Source: an uncultured Acidobacteriota bacterium
GTDB lineage: Bacteria; Acidobacteriota; Vicinamibacteria; Fen-336
Assembly (NCBI GenBank): GCA_963720545.1
Contig: OY970399.1
Coordinates: 128,001-192,000, forward strand
Length of the DNA: 64,000 nt
Reading direction: 5' to 3'
The first letter of the stretch is position 1. Every line of letters begins with the position of its first letter. The notes under the pieces are model-generated. The model saw only the letters and a program-made list of their open reading frames with translations, was not told the DNA's origin and searched no databases. This document shows positions 42,475 through 53,111 of this stretch, piece by piece. The position numbers and the translations under genes are program-made.

Positions 42475-44565
42475 CTAGTGCCCCGACAGTTCTTCGTAGA
42501 CCGTCGTCGCGCCGTAGATCTTGGTCAGAACCTCCTTGAGGAAGGCGGGGTGCACCGAGATCATCCGGTTGCGCTCGGCGTCGAACCAGTAGGTGCCGGA
42601 GTTGGTGTGGATGTTGCCGTCGAACGCGATGCCCACCACTGCGCCGCTGCCGTTCACCACCGGGCTGCCGGAGTTGCCGCCGATGATGTCGTTGTCCGAG
42701 GCGAAGTTGACGAGCGTCGCCATGTCGAGCCGGTCTTTCGCCGCGAGCCAGCGCTTCGGCAGCGCGAATGGGGCGAAGCCGGTGGCGCGCTCGAACATCC
42801 GCCCCAGGCGCGTGAACGGCTCGCGGGTGGCCGCGCTCTCGTTCCAGCCGCGCACGCTTCCGTAATTGAGGCGCAGCGTGTAGGTGGCGTCCGGGTAGAC
42901 GCGCGTCCCGTAGACCGCGAAGCGCGCCCGCGCCAGCCGCTCCGACGCCTTGCGCAGGGGTGCTTCGACCTCGTCGTCAAAAGCCGTGCGCAGCGGCCGC
43001 GCCTGCGATTCCAGGTCGCGCACCAGCTGGATCAGCGGATCCTGGGAGGCCTGCACGGCGGCACGGCCTTCCTTCCACAGCGTGCGCCGCACCTCGACGT
43101 CCGCGAGGCTGCTCTTCTCGACGAGGCGCGCGGCCAGCGCGTCGGGCGACTCCTTCACCAGCAGCTGCCTCACGATCGGCGCATCCGGCCCGAGCCATTC
43201 GCGCATGCGCTCGAGGCCGAAGGTCATCGTCAACCGTTCCACTTCGGGATAGACGGGTGCCGGCGTCAGCAGCAGCTGCTCGACGCGCGCGAGGCGCGTG
43301 TCCGTGAACTCGCGCAGCCGCTCGTTGTTCGGCTTGTCGCGCTCCGCGGTGCCGCGCACCAGCGTCTTGGCCCAGCGGTAGAGCTGTGAGTCGAAGCCCG
43401 AGCCTTCCTCGATGAAGGTGTACGGATAGAACATCTGGCGCATGCGCGCCTCGGCGGCGTCGATCTCGCGCCACGGGTCGCCGGTGCGCGCGTGCAGGGT
43501 CTTGTCGGCTTTCACCCGCGAGCGCAGCTCGGCCTCGCGCCGCTTCTTCTCGGCCATCAATGGGCCTTCGAGCAGCGCGTCGAGCTGCCTGCGGCGCACC
43601 TTCATGAGGTTCTCCAGGCGGTTGATCGAAGGTGCCGTGATGCGCGCGTTGGTCGCCGACTCCTTGGCGAACTGCAGGTAGCGGCCGCGCAGCTCGTAGC
43701 CGCGCAACAAGGTGAACGGCAGGGTGGTGGTGCGCACGGTGTCGAGTTCGCCGACCGTGAAGAGGCGGCTGGTCTTGCCGGGGTGCCCGGAAACGAAGAC
43801 CGCATCGCCCGGCTTCGGTCCCGCGAAGTCGATGCTGAGATGGTTCGGCGTGCGCGCCGGCTTGCCGTCTTCCCAGGCGCGCAGGATGGCTATGTCGAAA
43901 GACCAGCGGGGGAACTGGAAGTTGTCGGGGTCGCCGCCGAACGCCGCCACCGCCGCCTCGGGGACGAACACCGCGCGCACGTCGGAGTAGCGCTTGTACT
44001 TGTAGAGGAAATATTGGCCGCCCTCGTAGAGCGTGACGCTCTCGCAGCGCAGCCGCCCGAGCTTCGGGTCTGCCGCCGCCGCGGCTTCGCACTCGCTCTC
44101 GAGGTCGGTGAGGAGCTTCCTGCGCTCGTCGTTCGCGCGCTTGTCGTCGAGGCTGCCGGTGCGCTTCGCGACCTTGGCCGTGATGTCTTCCGTGGCGATC
44201 AGCACGTCGGCGACCTGCGCCTTGCAGGCCAGTTCACGCGAGCGGTCGGGGGCGACGAAGCCGTCCTCGACGTAGCTTCGTTCCTTCGTCGAGTTCTGCT
44301 CCATGCACGGCTCGGCGCAGTGGTGGTTCGTAATCATCAAACCGTCCGCCGAGACGAAGACAGCGGTGCAGCCGGAAATCCGCGCGGTGGCGAGGCGCAC
44401 CTTGTCGAGCCACTGCGGCGTCACGGAAACGCCGTACTTCGCCTTAACCTTGGCGGCGGGGAAGTTGTCGAAGGTGTACATCCCCTCGTCGGCGAAGGCA
44501 GGGGCGGATGCGAGGGCTGTGGCGAGGCAGAGTGACATGGCCCACGCCAGGGTCCTGGTGGTCAG
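42475..44565 (-). CDS. S46 dipeptidyl peptidase (DPP7/DAP BII type)
   Basis: ADEGMY mature N-terminus, TNHHC, FGGDPDNF, YPDAT.TLRL, DIIGGNSGSP, FDGN; start proposed at CTG 44565 behind GGGAGG (ATG 44538 is the alternative). Confidence 0.9.
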   Translation of the reverse strand: MTTRTLAWAMSLCLATALASAPAFADEGMYTFDNFPAAKVKAKYGVSVTPQWLDKVRLATARISGCTAVFVSADGLMITNHHCAEPCMEQNSTKERSYVEDGFVAPDRSRELACKAQVADVLIATEDITAKVAKRTGSLDDKRANDERRKLLTDLESECEAAAAADPKLGRLRCESVTLYEGGQYFLYKYKRYSDVRAVFVPEAAVAAFGGDPDNFQFPRWSFDIAILRAWEDGKPARTPNHLSIDFAGPKPGDAVFVSGHPGKTSRLFTVGELDTVRTTTLPFTLLRGYELRGRYLQFAKESATNARITAPSINRLENLMKVRRRQLDALLEGPLMAEKKRREAELRSRVKADKTLHARTGDPWREIDAAEARMRQMFYPYTFIEEGSGFDSQLYRWAKTLVRGTAERDKPNNERLREFTDTRLARVEQLLLTPAPVYPEVERLTMTFGLERMREWLGPDAPIVRQLLVKESPDALAARLVEKSSLADVEVRRTLWKEGRAAVQASQDPLIQLVRDLESQARPLRTAFDDEVEAPLRKASERLARARFAVYGTRVYPDATYTLRLNYGSVRGWNESAATREPFTRLGRMFERATGFAPFALPKRWLAAKDRLDMATLVNFASDNDIIGGNSGSPVVNGSGAVVGIAFDGNIHTNSGTYWFDAERNRMISVHPAFLKEVLTKIYGATTVYEELSGH

Positions 44566-44678
44566 CGAAACCTCCCGGGTTTCCGGTGTAAATTCATGCT
44601 GCTGAATCAGGTGCGACGAACGGCCGCCTATTATCGCCAACTTTCCGTTCCGTCGGACTTCCTTCTACAATCGCCCCA

Positions 44679-46301
<1,623 letters not shown>

Positions 46302-46322
46302 GGCGGGAAGAGGCCGAAGCAG

Positions 46323-46721
46323 ATGAGCGCCGCCGAGACGAAAACGAAGATCCGCGTCCTGATCGCGAAACCCGGGCTCGACGGTCACGACCGCGGCGCC
46401 AAGGTGGTGGCGCGCGCGCTGCGCGATGCCGGCATGGAGGTGGTCTACACCGGGCTGCGCCAGAGCCCCGAACAGATCGCCGCCGCCGCCGCGCAGGAGG
46501 ACGTGGACGCCGTCGGCCTCTCGATCCTGTCGGGTGCCCACCTGCCGATCTGCCGGCGGGTGCTGGAACTGCTGCACGAAAAAGGGATGGATGACGTGCG
46601 GGTGTTCGTCGGGGGTATCATCCCTGCCCAGGACATCCCGGAGTTGAAGAAGATCGGCGTCGCGGAGGTTTTCCTCCCCGGAGCCTCGACCCAGGACATC
46701 GTTCGCCTCATCAGGGAGTGA
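46323..46721 (+). CDS. icmB: Cobalamin-binding small subunit of the acyl-CoA mutase
   Basis: [10 protein letters not shown] (DxHxxG), SILSGAH, VGGIIP. Confidence 0.85.
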   Translation: MSAAETKTKIRVLIAKPGLDGHDRGAKVVARALRDAGMEVVYTGLRQSPEQIAAAAAQEDVDAVGLSILSGAHLPICRRVLELLHEKGMDDVRVFVGGIIPAQDIPELKKIGVAEVFLPGASTQDIVRLIRE

Positions 46722-46732
46722 CCAGCACCCTC

Positions 46733-47656
46733 ATGCCGAAGAAGATCCTGCTCGCCGACGACAGCGTGACCATCCAGAAGGTCGTGGAGCTGACCCTCGC
46801 GGGCTCGGACTACGAGGTCGTGTGCGTCGGCAACGGCGACGCGGCCCTGCAGCGCATTCGCGAATTTCAACCCGACCTGCTGCTGTGCGACATCATGATG
46901 CCGGGCAAGGACGGCTACGAGGTGTGCGAGGCGGTGAAGTCGGACCCCGCGGTGTCGCACATCCCGGTGCTGCTGCTGACCGGCGCCTTCGAGCCGTTCG
47001 ACGACGAGCGAGCGCGCCGCGTGCGCAGCGACGGCTTCCTGGCGAAGCCGTTCGAGCCGCAGGTGCTGCACGCACGCATCCTCGACATGCTGGCGGCTGC
47101 CGGCGGCGCCGACGCGGGCCGTGCACACGCCGCCTCTGGCGAAGCCCCCGATTTCACCAGCGCCTTTCACGACGACGACTGGGTGAAGCAGCCGCTCACC
47201 GGCCAGGTGTCGGTGCCGCCAATGATGGACGAGCGCCAGGGGCCCGCCGGCGTGGGCGGGGACGTCATCGACAGCGGCGAATACCAGTCGCTCGACGACC
47301 TGATGCCGCCGGACGAGGATGCCGAGGCCGGGGCGGCGCACGGCGCCGGCGGCGACGGTGTGCCGCCGGAAGTGTGGCGGCGCACCACGATGGAACTGAC
47401 GCGCGACGAGATGCGCAACGCGCTGCTCTCGCCGAACATGGGCGAGTACGCGGACGCGCAAGGCAACGTCGATCCCGACGTGCTCGCCGACCTGCTGCTG
47501 TCCGAGGAAGTGGTGGAGCGAATCGCGCGCCGCGTGGCCGACATCATCGGCGACCGCATCGTCCGCGAGGTCGCCTGGGAAGTCGTGCCGGAGCTTGCCG
47601 AAGCGCTCATCAAGCAGGAGATCGAGCGGCTCAAGGACGAGCTGCGGAACGCCTGA
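46733..47656 (+). CDS. RomR-like response regulator (receiver, acidic linker, RomR-C tail)
   Basis: LADDS..LCD..KPF receiver; C-terminal REVAWEVVPELAEALIKQEIERL; upstream of valS (GTG 46718 is the alternative start). Confidence 0.75.
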   Translation: MPKKILLADDSVTIQKVVELTLAGSDYEVVCVGNGDAALQRIREFQPDLLLCDIMMPGKDGYEVCEAVKSDPAVSHIPVLLLTGAFEPFDDERARRVRSDGFLAKPFEPQVLHARILDMLAAAGGADAGRAHAASGEAPDFTSAFHDDDWVKQPLTGQVSVPPMMDERQGPAGVGGDVIDSGEYQSLDDLMPPDEDAEAGAAHGAGGDGVPPEVWRRTTMELTRDEMRNALLSPNMGEYADAQGNVDPDVLADLLLSEEVVERIARRVADIIGDRIVREVAWEVVPELAEALIKQEIERLKDELRNA

Positions 47657-47662
47657 CGCTGA

Positions 47663-50314
47663 ATGCCCAGAGGCATCGATACCTCAAAGCTCCCCCCGCA
47701 TTTCGATTCGCGTGAAGCCGAAGAGCGCTGGGGCAGACTGTGGGAAGAGCACGGCACCAACCGCTTCGATCCGCACGCGGCCAGGGCGCGCTTTTCGATA
47801 GACACGCCGCCGCCGACCGTCTCCGGTTCGCTGCACGTCGGCCACGTCTTCAGCTACACGCAGACGGACGCGCTGGCGCGCTTCTGGCGGATGCGCGGCC
47901 GCAACGTGCTCTACCCGATGGGCTGGGACGACAACGGCCTGCCCACCGAACGCCGCGTGCAGAACTATTACCACGTGCGCGCCGAGCCGGGCGTGCCTTA
48001 CGAGCCCGGCCTGCAGCTCGAACAGTCGGACGACGCGCAACGCAAGCAGCCGGCGCGCAAGATCTCGCGCGCCAACTTCATCGAGCTGTGCCTCGAACTG
48101 ACCCGCGAGGACGAGCAGGCGTTCAAGGCGCTGTTCCAGCGGCTCGGCCTGTCGGTCGACTGGCGCCTCGAATACTCGACGATCTCCGACCATAGCCGCC
48201 GCATCGCGCAGCAGAGCTTCCTCGACCTGCTGCAGAAGGGCGAGGTCTACTCGCTCGAGGCGCCGACCATGTGGGACGTGGACTTCCGCACCGCGGTGGC
48301 GCAGGCGGAGGTCGAGGACCGGCCGGTGAAAGGCGCGTTCCACAAGATCCGCTTCGGCGTCGCCGGCGGCGATGAATCGTTCGTCATCGCCACCACGCGG
48401 CCGGAGCTGCTGCCCGCGTGCGTCGGCGTCGCCGCGCATCCCGACGACCCGCGGTTTGCGAACTTCATCGGCCGGCGCGCCGTGACGCCGCTGTTCCATG
48501 CGAGCGTCCCGATCTTCGCGAGCGAGCTGGTCGAGAAGGACAAGGGCACCGGCATCCTCATGGTGTGCACCTTTGGCGACGCCACCGACGTCACCTGGTG
48601 GCGCGAGCAGCAGCTGGCCCTGCGCCAGATCATCGGCCGCGACGGCCGCCTCGCGAGCGTCGACTTCAAGGGTGCGCCGTACGAGAGCCTGCGCCCCGAC
48701 GAGGCGAACGCGCGCTACCAGCAGCTCGCCGGGCGCACGGTGAAGGACGCGCAGCGTGCCATCGTCGAGATGCTGCGCGATCCCGCGGGCGATGCGACGG
48801 GCCGCGGCGAGGCGCCGCTGCAGGGCGAGCCCGAGCCGACGACGCACGCGGTCAAGTACTTCGAGAAGGGCGACCGCCCGCTCGAGTACATCACCACGCG
48901 CCAGTGGTTCGCGCGCATCCTCGACCACAAGCAGGAGTTGGTGGCCGCGGGCGAGCAGATCGTCTGGCACCCCGACTTCATGCGCACGCGCTTTCGCAAC
49001 TGGACGGAGAACCTGCAGATCGACTGGTGCGTGAGCCGGCAGCGCTTTTTCGGCGTGCCGTTTCCGATGTGGTACGCGCTCGACGCCGAGGGCCGTGCCG
49101 ACTTCGGCAAGCCGCTGACGGCCGCCGACGAACAGCTGCCGGTCGATCCCACCATTGCAGCGCCGCCGGGCTACCAGGAGTCGCAGCGCGATGCCGCGCA
49201 CGGGTTCCGCGCGGAGAGCGACGTCTTCGACACCTGGTTCACGAGCTCCATGTCGCCGCAGATCGTCACCGGCTGGCACGCCAACAAGGAGCTGCACGCG
49301 CGCATGTTCCCGATGGACCTGCGGCCGCAGAGCCACGAGATCATCCGTACCTGGGCCTTCTACACGATCGTCAAGTCGCTGCTGCACGAAGGCACAATTC
49401 CGTGGCGGGAGGCGGCCATCTCCGGCTGGGTGCTCGACCCCGACCGCAAGAAAATGTCGAAGAGCAAGGGCAACGTGATGACGCCGGTAGGGCTGCTCGA
49501 CCAGTTCGGCGCCGACGCGGTGCGCTACTGGTCGCTGTCGGCGAAGCTCGGCGTGGACACCACCTTCGACGAGAAGGTCCTGAAGGTCGGCCGCCGGCTG
49601 GTCACCAAGTTGTTCAACGCCGCGAAGTACGTCCTTGGCCAGGACGCGCCGGGCGACGCGATTACGCATTCGGTCGACAAAGGCTTCATGCGGCGGCTCG
49701 GCGAGGTGGCCCGCGAGGCGACGGCGGCGTTCGAGGAACAGGACTACGCCACCGCGCTCGGCGTGACGGAGCGCTTCTTCTGGAGCCGCTTCACCGATGC
49801 CTATCTCGAGATCGTGAAGGCGCGAGCGCGCTCGGAAACGGATGCCGCGGGCCGCACCTCCGCCGTTGCGGCACTGCACCAGTCGCTCGGCGTCTTCCTG
49901 CGGCTCTTTGCGCCGTTCCTGCCCTACGTGGCGGAGGAAGCGTGGTCGTGGACGCATGGCGAAGGCGTCGCGCGCAGCATCCATCGCGCGGCGTGGCCGG
50001 AAGACGCGGAGTTCGCCGCGGTGGGCGGGTCCGAGGAAGACGCAGCCATTTTCGACGCGGCCGCGTTGACGCTCGAGGCGATTCACCGCGCGAAAAGCGC
50101 CGCGGGCGCCACAGTGGGCCGGCACGTGGACCGGCTCGTGATCCGCGCGGGCGCCGAGGTGGAAAAGGCGGTGCGGGTGTGCCTGCCCGACGTGCTCGCA
50201 GCGGCGCGGGTCCAGGACCATGCCGTCGAGGTGATCGCCGGCGGCGGCATCGAAGTCGCAGACATGGAGCTCGCCGAGGCTGCACCCGGCGAGCCCGCGC
50301 CGCCCCCGGCCTGA
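47663..50314 (+). CDS. valS: Valine--tRNA ligase (type 2 / archaeal-actinobacterial-like)
   Basis: DTPPPTVSGSLHVGH, GWDDNGLPTE, ATTRPE, GTG..MVCTFGD, DWCVSRQR, KMSKS. Confidence 0.95.
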   Translation: MPRGIDTSKLPPHFDSREAEERWGRLWEEHGTNRFDPHAARARFSIDTPPPTVSGSLHVGHVFSYTQTDALARFWRMRGRNVLYPMGWDDNGLPTERRVQNYYHVRAEPGVPYEPGLQLEQSDDAQRKQPARKISRANFIELCLELTREDEQAFKALFQRLGLSVDWRLEYSTISDHSRRIAQQSFLDLLQKGEVYSLEAPTMWDVDFRTAVAQAEVEDRPVKGAFHKIRFGVAGGDESFVIATTRPELLPACVGVAAHPDDPRFANFIGRRAVTPLFHASVPIFASELVEKDKGTGILMVCTFGDATDVTWWREQQLALRQIIGRDGRLASVDFKGAPYESLRPDEANARYQQLAGRTVKDAQRAIVEMLRDPAGDATGRGEAPLQGEPEPTTHAVKYFEKGDRPLEYITTRQWFARILDHKQELVAAGEQIVWHPDFMRTRFRNWTENLQIDWCVSRQRFFGVPFPMWYALDAEGRADFGKPLTAADEQLPVDPTIAAPPGYQESQRDAAHGFRAESDVFDTWFTSSMSPQIVTGWHANKELHARMFPMDLRPQSHEIIRTWAFYTIVKSLLHEGTIPWREAAISGWVLDPDRKKMSKSKGNVMTPVGLLDQFGADAVRYWSLSAKLGVDTTFDEKVLKVGRRLVTKLFNAAKYVLGQDAPGDAITHSVDKGFMRRLGEVAREATAAFEEQDYATALGVTERFFWSRFTDAYLEIVKARARSETDAAGRTSAVAALHQSLGVFLRLFAPFLPYVAEEAWSWTHGEGVARSIHRAAWPEDAEFAAVGGSEEDAAIFDAAALTLEAIHRAKSAAGATVGRHVDRLVIRAGAEVEKAVRVCLPDVLAAARVQDHAVEVIAGGGIEVADMELAEAAPGEPAPPPA

Positions 50315-50320
50315 CGAGCG

Positions 50321-51124
50321 TTGGCTGACAAGGCCGCGCTGCTCGCTGCGGCGCTGCGCGAGTCGGGCGGCGACTGGCCCGCGCCCATCGAGCACCACGC
50401 CGAGATCGGCTCGACCAACGACCGGCTGCGGGTGATGGCGCGCGACGGCGCGCCGGAGTGGAGCGTGGTGTTCGCCGATTTGCAGACCGCCGGCCGCGGG
50501 CGCCACGGCAACGAGTGGCGCTCGGGCCCGGGCAACCTGTACCTGTCGGTCCTGCTGCGGCCCCGCATCGAGGCAAAGTGGCTGGGACTGGTGCCGCTCG
50601 CGGCTGGCCTGGCTGTCGCCAAGGCGGCGCGCGGCTTCGGCGCCGATGCGCGGCTCAAGTGGCCAAACGACGTCTGGGTGGACGAGCGGAAGCTGGCAGG
50701 GATCCTGGTCGAGGCGCATTCCACAACGAGGGGCGTCGAGGAAATGATCGTCGGGTGTGGAGTCAACGTGGCGAGCGCCCCGCAGGCGCCGCGCCGCAGC
50801 ACCGGGGCGGTGGCGCCGATCGCACTCTCGAGTGCACGCGGCGGGAAGCGCGCCGCCGACCCGGTTGCCGTCGGCGCATCCCTGTTGCGCCGGATGCAGG
50901 AAGCGCTGGCGCTGCTGCACCGCGACCCCGCTGCGCTGCGCGCCGAGTGGCGCCTGCTGTCGCTCCCATGGTGGGGGCGCGTCGTCGCGGTCGAGGCCGC
51001 GGACGGACCACTGCACGGCACGCTCCAGGATCTCGACGCAGGCGGCGGCCTGATCCTCGAGACCGACCAGGGCAGGAGCGTCACGGTCGTCTCGGGCGAA
51101 GTGCGCGCGGTGCGGCTCGGGTGA
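50321..51124 (+). CDS. birA: Biotin--protein ligase (no HTH, group I)
   Basis: STN, QTAGRGRHG, KWPND, KLAGIL, GVN. Confidence 0.93.
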   Translation: MADKAALLAAALRESGGDWPAPIEHHAEIGSTNDRLRVMARDGAPEWSVVFADLQTAGRGRHGNEWRSGPGNLYLSVLLRPRIEAKWLGLVPLAAGLAVAKAARGFGADARLKWPNDVWVDERKLAGILVEAHSTTRGVEEMIVGCGVNVASAPQAPRRSTGAVAPIALSSARGGKRAADPVAVGASLLRRMQEALALLHRDPAALRAEWRLLSLPWWGRVVAVEAADGPLHGTLQDLDAGGGLILETDQGRSVTVVSGEVRAVRLG

Positions 51125-51753
51125 GCGAGTCCGCCTACTTCCGGGCGGTCGAGGAAGACTTCGTCAGCCGCCGCGGCGGTGTGCTGATGCTCTCGACCGC
51201 CGACTGGCACCTCATCTGGAAATGGCACCACGCCCGCGTCCCGCTGCGTGTGGTCCTGCGCGGCATCGCCGACGCCTTCGAGGCGCACGCGCATTCACTG
51301 CGCCGCAAGGAGCCCGTGCGCGGGCTGCGCTATTGCGCCGACGAAGTGGAGAAGGCGCGGGCACGGTGGCGGCGGGCTCTGGCTCTCGACCGGGCCGAGT
51401 CGCTGCAGGACCACGCGCACCTGAAGGGCCTCGCCGAGTCATGGCGCGCCGCCGCGCTGCCGGCTCAGCTTGAACCCGCGCGCGCCGCGCTCCTCACGGC
51501 ACTCGAAGCCGGGCCAGCCGCAGGCGAGGACCTGCAGGCCTGGCTGGTGCTGCGCGAAGGCGAGGCGCGGCACGCGGTTGCCGCGGTGGTGCCCGCCGCG
51601 GAACGCACCGCATTGCAGCGCGCCGCCGAAGCCGACATGGAGAAGTACCGCGGCCGCATGCCGCCGCGCACGTTCGAGCGCATCATCGAGGAAGGCGTCA
51701 CCCGGCGCCTGTTCGAGCGCTTCAAGCTGCCGCGGCCGAGCTTCATCGCGTGA
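51121..51753 (+). CDS. Hypothetical protein, N-terminal half DnaD/DnaB_2-like
   Basis: Coupled by GTGA overlaps on both sides; YF..VE..F..RRG..LS..DW..I..W....VPL..VLRGI..AF..GLRYC pattern. Confidence 0.6.
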   Translation: MSESAYFRAVEEDFVSRRGGVLMLSTADWHLIWKWHHARVPLRVVLRGIADAFEAHAHSLRRKEPVRGLRYCADEVEKARARWRRALALDRAESLQDHAHLKGLAESWRAAALPAQLEPARAALLTALEAGPAAGEDLQAWLVLREGEARHAVAAVVPAAERTALQRAAEADMEKYRGRMPPRTFERIIEEGVTRRLFERFKLPRPSFIA

Positions 51754-53057
51754 AGAAGGGCATCCGCAGCGACAAGGCGCGGCTCGTCGAGGTGGACATC
51801 GAGCGCGTCGTCTACGGCGGCGACGGCCTCGCGCGCCATGGCGGACAGGTGATCTTCGTGCCGCGCGGGCTGCCGGGCGAGCGGCTGCGCGCTCTGGTGG
51901 TGGAGGAAGGCAAGGGCTTCGCCCGCGGCCGTGCCGCCGAGTGGCTGACGCAGAGCCCTGAGCGGCGCACATCGCCCTGTCCGCTCTTTCCCCGCTGCGG
52001 CGGCTGCGCCCACCAGGACGTCGCCTACGAATTCCAGCTGCGCATCAAGGCCGACATCCTGCGCGAGACCCTGAAACGCGCGGGGGTCGTGCCTCCCGAG
52101 GACATCGCGGTGACCGGCTCCTCCGAGGCGGGCTGGCGGTCTCGGGCGCGCTTCCATGTGGAGGGACGCTTCGGCGACACCCGTCTCGGCCTCTACGCGC
52201 ACGGCTCGCACCGAGTCGTGGACATCGACTATTGCCTTCAGCTCTCCGCCCCGCTCAACGCCGCGGCGGGAGAGGCGCGGCGCTTGCTGCAGTCGCGTCC
52301 GGCGCTGGCCGCCGCCGCCACCGAGGTGCTGCTCGTGGAGGCGTACGACGGCAGCGCGCGCGTCGCCGTCTTCCGCCTGCGCTCGGCGGCGGACCGAGTC
52401 GAACCCGACCCCGTCGAGCCCGAGCCGCATTCCGTGCTGGCCGGCTTCGGCATCAGCGCGCCGGGCCCCGAAGGCGAGCGCTTCATCGGACTCTGGGGCG
52501 ACTGCGAAGTCCGCGTCGAGGTCGCCGGCCTCGAACTGCGCGCGCACGCCACGAGCTTCTTCCAGGCGAACCGTTTCGTCGTTCCGAGGCTCGTGGCGCA
52601 CGTCGCGAGCCTGGTGCCCGGGGGCGAGAGAATCGCCGACCTCTACGCGGGCATCGGCTTCTTCACGGCGGCGCTCGCCGCGCCGGCCGAACAGGTGGTT
52701 GCCGTGGAGGCGGCGCCATCGGCGGTGGCCGATGCGCGCGCCAACATCGCACGCCTGCGTCTCACCAATGTCGCGGTGCGCCGCTCCGACGTCGCGGCCT
52801 TCGTGCGCGACGGCCACGCTTCGGCTGCGACCACCATCATCCTCGATCCGCCGCGTACCGGTGCCGGCAAGGCGGTGATGGCCGGGCTGGGCGGCGGCAA
52901 GGCGCGTCGCATCGTCTACGTCTCGTGCGACCCGCCGACGCTCGCACGCGACCTGCGTGAGGCGGCCGCGCACGGCTTCGAGCTGCGCTCGCTGCACGCC
53001 TTCGACATGTTTCCGGACACCTCGCACCTCGAGTCGGTCGCGCTCCTCGAACGGTAA
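51750..53057 (+). CDS. rlmD: 23S rRNA m5U methyltransferase (RlmD/TrmA family, TRAM + 4Fe-4S)
   Basis: CPLFPRCGGC, SFFQAN, DLYAGIG, LDPPRTG, YVSCDP, DMFPDT.HLE. Confidence 0.88.
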   Translation: MKKGIRSDKARLVEVDIERVVYGGDGLARHGGQVIFVPRGLPGERLRALVVEEGKGFARGRAAEWLTQSPERRTSPCPLFPRCGGCAHQDVAYEFQLRIKADILRETLKRAGVVPPEDIAVTGSSEAGWRSRARFHVEGRFGDTRLGLYAHGSHRVVDIDYCLQLSAPLNAAAGEARRLLQSRPALAAAATEVLLVEAYDGSARVAVFRLRSAADRVEPDPVEPEPHSVLAGFGISAPGPEGERFIGLWGDCEVRVEVAGLELRAHATSFFQANRFVVPRLVAHVASLVPGGERIADLYAGIGFFTAALAAPAEQVVAVEAAPSAVADARANIARLRLTNVAVRRSDVAAFVRDGHASAATTIILDPPRTGAGKAVMAGLGGGKARRIVYVSCDPPTLARDLREAAAHGFELRSLHAFDMFPDTSHLESVALLER

Positions 53058-53111
53058 ATAAACCGACCCACGCCTGCCTGCAGCGCGGCCGCAGCCGCCT
53101 AGCGTCGTGCC

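Noticed and set aside
44566..44678. Cobalamin riboswitch upstream of the B12 mutase
   Set aside because: The gap is only ~113 bp, is shared with a divergent gene, shows no B12-box, and has a -10 hexamer 7 nt before the ATG
47657..47662. T-box leaders for valS, alaS or cysS
   Set aside because: These genes overlap or lie within a few bp of the upstream gene, so there is no room
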